Origin: Paramoeba atlantica
Taxonomy: Eukaryota; Protista; Discosea
Direction: 5' to 3'
Assembly: GCA_977017575.1 (NCBI GenBank)
Contig: CDRNVI010000175.1
Coordinates: forward strand, 1-44,027
Length of the DNA stretch: 44,027 nucleotides
Shown here: in pieces, positions 34,078 to 44,027 of the stretch
Layout: each line of letters opens with the position of its first letter
How positions within the stretch are numbered: position 1 is the first letter of the stretch
Notes under the pieces: model-generated
The model's input: the letters and a program-made list of their open reading frames with translations, nothing else
Databases searched by the model: none
What the model was told of the DNA's origin: nothing
Made by a program: the position numbers and the translations under genes

Positions 34078-36103
34078 TCAGTGTCCAGAAAGTGCCGCTT
34101 CTTTCGCCGCTTCTTCAATCTGAACAGCAACCTCTGTAAAAAAATAAGTTTTAAAATGAAACAATAATTAATTCATTTATGATTTGAGAATGATCTGTTT
34201 TGAGATTGATAATGATTTGTTTTGGGAATTGAGTCAAACCTTTCATTTTGGGTCGTTTCTCTGGATCTGATCGCCAACATTGAATCATAATTTCGATAAT
34301 ATTTTTGTTGGCAGGATCATTTTTCACCTCCTCAGGCGGGTTTGGTCGTTGTCTTTCTTCAAAGAGCTTTAAAATTTCTTTTGGTTGTAATCCTGAAAAC
34401 AAGTCAGAAAAGAATGAAAAAATGTAATCAAGAAGAGAGAAAGACAAAAACCTATGTGAGGTTCTGAGTGAGTCAAAACTTCAAAAATAAGCATTGCAAA
34501 ACTGAACACATCAGCTCTCATGTCATACCCTTGTCCTACACAACCAAGAATGTCAAAAAAAAAAAAGAAAAAAGAATCAAGAAAAAGAAAGAAAAAAAAG
34601 ACCTGAAAAGACTTCTGGAGCAACCCAAGCCAGTGTACCACACATCGTTTTCAGAGGAATTGAATTATAGATCTTCGCCAGCCCAAACTTGTGAAAAGTG
34701 ATTAAAAAAAAAACAAATGAAAGAAAATGAGAGTAGTCAGACTTACATCAGCAACTTTGACAATGAAATCGCTTGTTAAAAGAAGATTTTTCGTTTTTAA
34801 ATTTCTATGAATAATACTTTGCTCATGGAGATATTCCACCCCTCTGGCAGCTTGCGCTAACACACTCATCCGAAGAGATGGGATCCATTTGATCTCATTT
34901 GATCGCAGAGCATCATAGACTGAACCTCGATCAACATACTCAGATACAATACACATATTTCTTGAAGAATCGATGATGCTTCCATAGAAAGAAACTGGAA
35001 AAAGAAAAAGATCAATCAAAGAGAGAAAAGAAAGGATTAAAAAGTTGAAATAAATCAAAAACCAATATTGGGATGGAAAAGTGAACTCATTAAATGAGAC
35101 TGAAAAAAACTTGATTAAAACTTGAGAATAATTTTTGCATTTGAAAAAAAAACATTTGAACCTCTTTTCGAAATCCAACAGTTGCATCAGCTTCAATTTG
35201 AGATTGAAAGACCCTTTTCACAGTCACTGGTCTGGAAATCAAATTTAAAATCATCAGTTTTGGAAGATTGTATTTTGAGAAAATGAATAGAGAGAATGAA
35301 AACTTGTTAAAGATTGTAGCAAGCCAAACTTCTGAATACTCCCCGGATTGGATCATTTTCACAAAGTGAAAGTCATTTGGTTGGACTTGAATTGGTTCTG
35401 TTTGACTCCCAACAGGAGCAGGAGAAGGTGAAGATTGGGGAGCGCGACTGGCTGGTGACCAGTCATGGCGGTTCAGATTCTTTGTTGGAGTTGAATCCGA
35501 TTCACTTTCTGTTGCTTCCTGGAAACCATTCTTTTCAAAAAAAAGGTCCAAAAAGAAAAGAAAAAGCAAAAGACTTTACCTGAGTTGAAATAAGATCTTG
35601 ACTAGTCTTTGGGTCAGCATCCAAAATCTCGACTCGAAAACGAGCGATCTCATTCAATCTGAATAGTTTTCCTTTCAGATAAGAAATTCTCGCTTTGTCT
35701 CTTATTTCCTATTTTCTTGTCTCTTTCTGATCAAAAGATAAACAAACTCGATCTGGTGTCCATGAAGGAGTTTGAAAGGTTCTCCAGGAGACACTTGAGT
35801 CTTCTTTCGGCACTCTGGATCAATCACATACGTCGGATTGGGACTCAACTGCAAAAAACACAAAATTATTAGAATGAACAAAAACTCAATAAACACACAA
35901 AATGATTTGTTTTCAACAAATCCAACCGAGTTGAGGGTGACAGTTCCCAAATCAGAATTGACAACAATACTGGCATGACGCCGACTCACACCACCATCAA
36001 CGATTCCCAAAGCCGCATTTGATCTTCCAAGGATATTTGTCCCCTCTCCCAATTCAAGAGAGATTGAAGAGCCAACCAAACCAACAATTCTCACTGTTTC
36101 CAT
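34078..36103 (-). CDS. FHA domain + TKL-type kinase domain with HRN (predicted pseudokinase)
   Basis: FHA: ILGRSNAALGIVDGGVSRRHASI...QLSPNPT. Kinase: IQSGEYSEVW, VTVKRV, IVSEYVDRGS, IIHRNLKTKNLLL, VAD|FGLAK, CGTLAWVAPE, DVFSFAMLIFE, CWRSDPEKRP; stop 34078. Confidence 0.85.
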
Positions 36104-36293
36104 TCGAAAAAAAAACAAAAAAAAAAGAGAAAGAAAAAGAAAAAAACCAAAAAACAAACTCGAAACGCACAAAAAGTAAAAAAGGGCCAGTGGCCCAAAA
36201 AGGAAATAACATCCTAAAAAAGGAAATTTTCGGTTTTGTTTTTGGATTTTTGGTTTTTTTTGGTTTTTTTTGGTTTTTTGGTTTTTTGGGTGA
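36104..36293. promoter_or_regulatory. Short head-to-head intergenic, probable bidirectional promoter (FHA-kinase / G-alpha-like)
   Basis: Divergent ATGs at 36103 (-) and 36294 (+) are 190 bp apart; A-tract then T-tract asymmetry around a central gggccagtggccc palindrome-like element. Confidence 0.45.
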
Positions 36294-37979
36294 ATGGCGA
36301 TGAAGTTGAGAAAGAAATTAAAGAAAGAGGGACATGGACATGGACACGGACACGGTCTCGAGAAAGAAAACCCTGAAAAGGAATCTAAAGAAGAACTTGG
36401 ATTTCAGGAAAACAAACTTACTTGGTTGATGTTTGGTGCTGCGGAGGCGGGAGCGAATACTTTGACCAAAATTTTACGATCGAGGTTTATCTGATTTTCT
36501 TTTTTGTTGAATCTTTTCTCTTGAACCCATAGTTTTGAATTCAAGGTTCTCTCAAGAAGAAAGAGCAAGTTACACCTCTGTTTTAATTGACAACATCGTT
36601 GAATCGCTTGGAAAATTGCTCAATCTGCTCAAACAACAACATGAAGCTTCCATTGATCCTCGAGTCAGAAGATATTTATCAACAGTGACTCGAGCTTATT
36701 TGTTTTACTGCCATATTCCTGAGGACCAAAAAACTCCAAAAATTTTTACCAGGTTTTTTTTTCCTCCATCTTCAATCTTTTTCTTTTTCTTTCCAAAAAG
36801 AATGGTCTTTTCCGAAGAGGAAGAAAAATCCTCACAACAATCATCACAGTGATGTGGTGAGTGCGATCGATCGTTTATGGTGCCCTCAACACCGTATCCC
36901 TTCTCTTTCTGATCTTTGTGTCGAATCTCTTCTCTCATATCATGGAAGTGCCGCAGCTCTCTGTGCTCTTGAGGTTTTTCATTTCTGAATTTTTCCTCTG
37001 TTTGACTCCAAAGGAAATAACCATAAAAAAAACCAAAAGGTTCCAGAAGAATTGCGAGCTTTGTTTCGATGGTACAAAAGATACCGAGCTTATTCCACTG
37101 AACCACCTTTTCGTGCCATGTGGTCTCAAAGACATAAAGCACATGTTCCAGTGAATACTCCTTATCTTTTTGACAAGGTCATGCGAAGAATGGTTCAGCA
37201 ACAAGATGATTATATCCCAACAACAAAAGATCTCTATCACGCTCGAAAACCCACCACAGCAATTGAAGAGGTGTTTTATTTTTGAAAATCCTTTTTAACA
37301 ACTTCAAAGAAGAAGTTCAATTGTTTTTTTATTGAAATCTTTTTCTTAAAACCATTTTTTTTCTTCTTTAGAAACATTTTCCGGTCCTTACGAAAGACAA
37401 GGAGTCAGGGGTGATCCATCTCATGAGAGCTGGTGGACAACGATCTCAACGACGAAAGTGGTCTCACATGATCTATTCTGTTGATGAAATCTATGGAGTT
37501 ATCTTTCTTGTTGCTTTATCTGAATATAATTTGTGCTTGGAAGAAGATGATTCAACAAGTCGAATGCATGAATCTCTTATGCTCTTTGAACAAGTTCTCT
37601 CTTATCCAAAGTTACAAAACTCTCGAATTGGGCTGGTCTTCACGCAATCAGATCTATTTAAAGAAAAAATTGAAGTTGAAGAACATGATATTTCAGCTTG
37701 TTTTCCAGAATATGAGGAAGGGTGTGACTTTGAAAAGAGCCTCTCTTTCATTCAAGAAAAATTTGTGAGTATTGTTCCGGACAAACTTCTCCCCAAATTG
37801 AGTGTGATGACTGTTTGTGCGTTCAACCCTGAAACTTTGAAACCATTTCACAAGTAAGCTTTTTTTTTTGTTCTGGTCCATTTCTTTTTCTTTTGTTCAT
37901 TTTGAAAATTTTCAGGTTATTGAGAGGAGAACCTGTTCCTGAATGTGCCCCACTTTCACGAGTCCGAGCGCGTCGGTAA
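36294..37979 (+). CDS. Divergent heterotrimeric G-protein alpha-like protein with degenerate nucleotide-binding motifs
   Basis: LMFGAAEAGANTLTK (G1); FSQEERASYTSVLIDNIVESL; DYIPTTKDLYHARKPTTAIEE (switch I); RAGGQRSQRRKWSH (G3); VIFLVALSEYNLCLEEDDSTSRMHESLMLFEQV; LVFTQSDLFKEKI (G4); VCAF (G5); last exon 37916-37979. Confidence 0.88.
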
Positions 37980-38194
37980 AGAAAAAGGAAAGACAAACAA
38001 CAAGAGCAAAACAAATCAAAACAAAACTCATAAATTTTAGAAACCTTTTTTTAGAGCTCTTTTTCTTTTTTGAGTTTTCTTTTTTTCCTTTCTCGCGAAA
38101 CTCGGTCGGGCGTGGGAAAGAGAAAGAGAGAAAAAGAAAGAGAGAAAAGAAAGAGAGAAGAGAAAGAGAGAGAAAAGAGAGAAAGAAAAAGAAA

Positions 38195-40279
38195 ATGGGG
38201 TTTGGTTCTCTCTTCTCGATTGTGGTCCCTGTTGGTTTGTTGTTTATTTCCTTGGTGGGAGGAGCAATCCCTCCAAAGGATTGGCATACTGAGTGTGAAC
38301 CTGGTTTCTTTTCTTCTTTTCTTTTCTCTCTTTTCTCTCTTTTCTTTCTCCCTTTCTCTCTTCTTTTTGTTGTTTATCTTGGCGAAGTGGAAACAAAATT
38401 TATATTTACAATCTAGGGGGTTATTGTCACGATGGTTGGATTTTTACTGGAAGAGGTTTCTCATTTTTTCTCGAGCAGAAAGAAAAAGGAAAAGAAGAAG
38501 AGAGAAAGAAGAAGAAGAAGAGAGAGAAGAAGAGAAGAGAGAGAAAGAGAAAGATAAAAGAGGGAGAGAAATTGAAAAGAAAATGAAAAAAAATGAAATA
38601 TTTTCAGGTGTGACAATTGGATTTTTTGGAGGAGAAGAACACGAACCTGTTCATATGGATCTTGGTGATAAACTGGATCAGGAGGTTTTTCTTTCTTTTT
38701 TTTTTCTTTTTTTTTCTTTTTGTTTCTTTTTTTTGGGGGAAAGAGGAAATTTTTCTTTCTTTTTCTTTTTCTTTTTCTTTTTTGTTTCTTTTTTTAGAAG
38801 GGGAAACTTTGTCTTTTTCTTTTTCTTTTTTGTTTCTTTTTTTAGAAGGGGGAAAGAAGAAGTTTTTTTTTCTTTTTTCCTTTTCTTTCTCAACAAAATC
38901 TCTTCTTTGTAGGCCAGTTATATGGGGACATTTGCATCTTCTCTCCCTCTGACTCTCGCTGTTGGTCCTGCCGGTTTTCTTTTCTTTTGAAATCCTTATT
39001 TCTTTTTTCTTTTCTTTTGAGAATTAGATCTTGTTTTTGATTTCATTGCTCATTTTTGAATAATTATTTTTTTGTTATGATTTTTATTAAAGAAAAAAGA
39101 AAGAAAAAAAATACAAAAAAACTCTTTCATTCTCGAAAAAAAAACAATTTCTTCAAACATAAAAAGAGAGACACTTTTGACAGGATATTTTCATGATATT
39201 TATTTGACAAAATTTTGATTTTCAACAGTTGGAAAAGGATGGGTCTGTTCAAAAGGAGCTGCTCTTGATGCAAAATATTCTCTTCTTGGATCTCGCAGGG
39301 TTTTTAGAAAAGAAAGAGAGAGAAAGAGAGGGAAATGAGAAGAGAAAGAGAGAGAAAGAGAGAAGGGAGAGAAGAGAGAAGAGAAGAGAGAAAGAGAAAG
39401 TGAGGAAAGAGAGAGAAAGTGAGAGAGAAAGAAAGGGAAAGAGAAAGAGAGTGAGAGAGAAAGAAAGGGAAAGAGAAAGAGAAAGTGAGAGAGAAAGAAA
39501 GGGAAAGAGAAAAGAGAAAAGAGAAAAGAGAAAGAGAAGAGAAGTGAGAAAGAAAAAGAATTTTTGAAGAATTTTTTTGTTTACTTTTTTATTTTCTTCT
39601 TTCTCTTTCTTTCTCTCTCTCTCTTTCTTTCTCTTCTTTCCTTTTCTCTTTTTAGAATCAGGATTTTGAATTTATTGAAAAAGATTTAAAAAAAGAAGGA
39701 ACAGATCTTTATGTTGTCCAATTGAAGAGAGAAGATTCTCCTATTTCGAGAATTTTTTGTTTGTTTTTTTTTCTTCTTCTCTCTTTCTCCTCTCTCTTTT
39801 TTTCTTTTGATGGATTTTTTTTAATTATTTTTGAATTATTTTTGAATTATTTTTGAATTACATTTTTTGAATTCCATCTTTTATTAAAAAAATATTCTCA
39901 AAAAGATTTCAAAATGCTCCTTTTTCTTTCTCAATTTCCTTCTTCTTCTCTTCTTTCTTTTCTTTTTCAAAGGTCCATCGTGTAATGAGACAGTGTTTGC
40001 TGCTTTTCAAAAAAATCGACCTGTCTTCCTTCCAGCTGGTTCTTTTCTTTTTTCTTCTCTCTCTTTCTTTCTTCTCCTTTCTTTCTGTCATCTCTTTTTG
40101 TCCTCTCTATTTCTTTCTCTTTCTCTCTCTTCTATCACTTAAAACTTTCTGTCCTCTTTCTTCTCTCCCTCTCTCTCTTTGTCTCTTTCTATTTTCTCTC
40201 ATTCTCTCTCATTCTCTTTCTCTCTCTTTCTTCTATTCCAAAAACCCCTCTCTTTCTATTCCCTCTCTCTTTCTCTCTT

Positions 40280-40311
<32 letters not shown>

Positions 40312-40339
40312 TTTCTTCGATTCCCTCTCTCTTTCTCTC

Positions 40340-40380
<41 letters not shown>

Positions 40381-42670
40381 TTCTCTCTTTCTCTCTTTCT
40401 CTCTTTCTCTCTCTCTTTCATTCCACAGGGAATGGAGGAAGAGTTGGAGATAATTGTAATTTCGATGGACATTCTGTTTCTCCTTGGGGAATTACAGTTG
40501 GTTCTCATACGAGATATGGGAAAGTTCCTTCTTATGCTGAGTTTTGTTCTGCTGCTGTTTGTTTTTTTTTTCTTTTTTGAAAGTGAAGAAAGGGGAAGAG
40601 AGAAGAGAGAAAAGAAAAGGTGGTAAAGAAAGAAAAAGAATAAAAGGAAAGGATAAAATAATAGAAAGATATTAAAATAAAATAATAAAATAATAAAATA
40701 ATAAAATAAATAAAATAAAAATAAAATAAATAAATAAAAATACTAACATTTTCATTTTCTTTTCAAAAAAAAAACAGTTAATATCAGGACCAGGAGGATC
40801 AAATGAAGATGTTTTGATGTTGTCTTCTACTGATCGTTCGCGTTGTAAAGATTCTTTTGGTTCTAATGTTGCTACTTCTTTTCTTGGTTTTTTTGTTTTT
40901 TTATTTTTATTTTATTTTATTAAATTTTATTTTATTTTATTAAATTTTATTTATGAATTTAATTTTTATTTTTTATTTTTATTTTTTGTTTTATTCCCGT
41001 TGTAAAGGTTCTTTTGGTTCGAATGTTGCGATTTTTTTTCTTAGTTGAAAATTTTAATTTATTTTTATTTTATTTTATTTTATTTTATTTTATTTTTATT
41101 CCAACATATTAAAATTTAAATTTAAAAAAGGGGGAATTGTGGCTTTGTTGTTAGAAGAGTCACATCATAAATTGACTATTCAACAAATTCGTCATATTTT
41201 GGTTTATATTTTTTTTCTCTTTCTTTCTTTTCTTTCATTAATTCAAAAATTAAAATAAAATTAATTAATCCAATAAAAATAATGAATCAAATGAATTAAT
41301 TAATGAATTAATGACTTAAAAATAATGAATTAATTATTTAATTACTTAATTATTTAATTACTTAATTATTTAATTACTTAATTATTTAATTACTTAATTA
41401 TTTAATTACTTAATTATTTAATTACTTAATTATTTAATTACTTAATTATTTAATTAATTAATTAATTAAAAAAGGTAAATTCTGCTGATCATCCAGGCGG
41501 TTTGGCGTGGAATTGGAATGCTGGTGGATATCGATATCATCCTCATGTTTTTTTTTTTGTTTTTTATTTCCTTTTCTTTTTCTTTCTTTTTATTTATTAT
41601 TTTTTTTTTATTCTTTTTATTTTATTTTTTATTTCTTTTTATTTCTTTTTCTTTATTTTTCTTTCTTTTTATTTTTTTTGTAATTATATTTTATTTTTTT
41701 TATTTCTTTCAATATTGATTTAGATTATTTTCCTTTTCTTTTCTTTATTTATGAAAACATTAAAGAAAATTGGCAGCTTGGATTGGGAATGGTAAATGCA
41801 TCTCGAGCAATTGAAACAATTTTATCTGGTGCATATTGGAAAATGGTTTCAGAACTCAAGGTATTTTTTATTTTTTGTGAAATTATTTTTTTGTGTAATT
41901 ATTTATTTATTTATTTTATTTATTTATTGAAACAATTTTATCTGGTGCATATTGGAAAATGGTTTCAGAACTCAAGGTATTTTTTTGTGTAATTATTTAT
42001 TTATTTATTTATTTGTTTTTGATTTATTTATTTATTTATTTATTTCTTGAAACAATTTTATCTGGTGCATATTGGAAAATGGTTTCAGAACTCAAGGTAT
42101 TTTTTTGTGTAATTCTTTATTTATTTATTTATTTTGTTGGAAAAAAGATTTTTTTTAATATTTTTGAATTAAATTATTTTTCTTTTTTAGATTTTTTCTT
42201 TTTCAAAATCAGAGACTAAAGCAATTAAAGATTTCACAACAATTTCATCGACGTTAGAAATTATGGAAACAGATGGTATTTTTCTTCTTCTTTTTCTTTC
42301 TTTTCTCATTTTTTTTTGACTTTTTTTGAATTTTTTTCGATTCTATTTTTTCTTTTCTTTTTCTTTTTTTCTTTTTCTCAAAAAAAACTCTTCCAAATTC
42401 CTTTTCTCTCTTTCCTTTTCTCTCTTTCCCTTTCTATTCCTTTTCTCTCTTTCCCTTTTCTATTCCTTTCTCTCTTTCAGATTTAGCAGTGGATCACAGA
42501 GCGGAGATTGTTGGATTGAATGTTCGAATGAGTCACACCGCTGTCAGTGATTTGTCTATTAAATTGATTTCTCCTGGGTTTTTTTTATTTGTTTTTATTT
42601 ATTTTATTTATTTATTTTTATTTATTTATTTTCTTTATTTCTTTTATTTATTTATTTTATTTCTTTATTT

Positions 42671-42709
<39 letters not shown>

Positions 42710-42823
42710 TTGATTATTTGAATGTTCGAATGAGTCACACCGCTGTCAGTGATTTGTCTATTAAATTGATTTCTCCTGGGTTTTTTTTTATTTGTTTTTA
42801 TTTATTTATTTTATTTATTTTTT

Positions 42824-42862
<39 letters not shown>

Positions 42863-44027
42863 TTGATTTATTGATTATTTGAATGTTCGAATGAGTCACA
42901 CCGCTGTCATTCTCCTGGGTTTTTTTTTATTTTATTTTATTTTTTATTTATTTTTATTTATTTTTAATTTATTTATTTATTTTATTTATTTAGATTCATT
43001 TATTTATTTATTGATTTATTTTATTTTTAATAGAGAAACTGAGTGTGTTGTTTTCAAATCCCGCCACTGCAAAAAAAGATCGTAAAAAGGTTTTCTCTCT
43101 CTCCTCTAACTCTCTTCTCTTCTCTCTTCTCTTTCTCTCTTCTCTTTCTTATTTCCTTTTTCTCTTCTCTCTTCTCTTTCTCTCTTCTCTTTCTCTCTTC
43201 TCTTTCTTATTTCCTTGTCTCTCTTCTCTCTTCTCTTTCTCTCTTTTCTTTCCTTTCTCTCCTCTCTCTTCTCTCTTTCTTTTCTCTTTTTTAGGTGACT
43301 CTTGAAGTTGGACATCAGAAATATCATATGACTGCTGGAAATTCTCGTTTTTCTTTTCTCTTTTTTTTTTAAGAAAAGAGAGGAAGAAAGGAGAGAAAAA
43401 GAAGAGAGATAGGGAGAGAGAGAGAAGAGAGAGAAGAGAAAACCTTTCCTTCTCACTTTTCTTCTCTTCTCTCTCTTCTCTCTTCTCTCTCTCTCTCTTC
43501 TCTCTCTTTTCTCTCTCTCTCTCTTTTATAGATTCAAATTATGGAGATAATGATATTTTTTCTTCAAATCTTTTTAAATTTGTTTTCTTTTCTTATACTC
43601 CCAATGAGTACGTTTTTTTCTCTCTCTTTCTTTCCTCTCTCTCTCTTTTCTCTCTCTTTTCTCTCTCTTTCTCTTCTCTCTCTCTCTTTTCTCTCCCCTT
43701 CTCTCTCTCTTATCTCTCTCTTTTTCCAGCAAACATCAAATTGCCTCTGATACTTGCTGTTGGTCGGCCTGTCGTATGTCTCTTAGTCACAGGTTCTCTT
43801 TTTCTTCTCTCTCTCTCTCTCTCTTCTCTCTTTTCTTTCTTTTCTTTCTTTTTATCTTTCCTTTTTCTCTCTCTTTCTCTCTTTTTCTCTCTTTTTCTTT
43901 CTCTCTTTTCTTTTCTTTGCTTTGCTTTTTTTTGATCTTTTTCTCTTTTCTTTTCTCTCTTTCAGGGTTGCAGATTATCCTGCAATTCACGTCCTCCTCA
44001 TCCCATACACAAAGTTCTTTTCTCTTT
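38195..44027 (+). CDS. Secreted kexin/furin-like (S8B + P domain) protein 2, predicted catalytically dead; 3' end outside window
   Basis: Signal peptide MGFGSLFSIVVPVGLLFISLVGG; exon-by-exon paralog of 26894-30877: DWH, TGRG|VTIG, PAG|[49 protein letters not shown]|ETECV. Apparent frameshift in the T run near 43050. Confidence 0.82.
41341..41452. repeat. 16-bp minisatellite (ATTACTTAATTATTTA) x7 in an intron
   Basis: Seven exact tandem units, flanked by degenerate TTAA units. Confidence 0.9.
41811..42105 (+). repeat. Triplicated exon 3' end + splice donor (TTGAAACAA...GAACTCAAG|GTATTTTT)
   Basis: ~50-bp exon end plus donor at 41811-41868, 41927-41984, 42047-42104; periods 116 and 120 bp, separated by (ATTT)n. 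Confidence 0.92.
42517..42925 (+). repeat. Triplicated exon 3' end + splice donor (TTGAATGTTCGAATGAGTCACACC...TCTCCTGG|GTTTTT)
   Basis: Copies at ~42517-42583, ~42718-42785 and an internally deleted copy at ~42879-42925. Confidence 0.92.

Noticed and set aside
41811-42105. CRISPR-like array (repeat plus spacers)
   Set aside because: Repeats are ~50-bp exon ends with splice donors, spacers are ATTT microsatellite, only three units, eukaryotic context, no cas genes.
1-44027. Autonomous mobile element, rRNA or telomeric repeat
   Set aside because: No transposase, integrase, RT, terminal repeats, rRNA-like or telomere-like sequence recognised.

Overview
AT-rich, intron-dense eukaryotic DNA using the standard genetic code; the gene style suggests an amoeba-like protist, but this is inference and the species cannot be fixed from sequence alone. 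Left third (1-17.1 kb): five near-identical TRIM-NHL genes (RING, two B-boxes, coiled coil, six-blade NHL propeller) in +,-,+,-,- orientation, built from a ~7.5 kb segmental duplication plus a truncated third unit. Their scaffold is almost invariant, but the same few loop positions in every NHL blade are hypervariable and mosaic between copies. This looks like a diversifying recognition repertoire fused to an E3 ligase and is the strongest candidate for an undescribed system. Middle: tRNA-Asp(GTC), an Air1/ZCCHC7-like zinc-knuckle gene and a ~7 kb ankyrin-repeat gene with a myristoylation motif. Right part (26.9-44 kb): a compact cluster in which every recognisable enzyme fold has lost catalytic residues. 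It holds two prodomain-less kexin/furin-like pseudoproteases with a domain inserted in the P domain, an FHA-HRN kinase and a G-alpha-like protein with broken G1/G3/G4 motifs, plus a K/E-rich protein with a CRIB-like motif. Several single-base frameshifts lie in homopolymers or microsatellites and may be assembly errors. Exon boundaries were called by eye from GT-AG sites and paralog alignment; no database searches were run.
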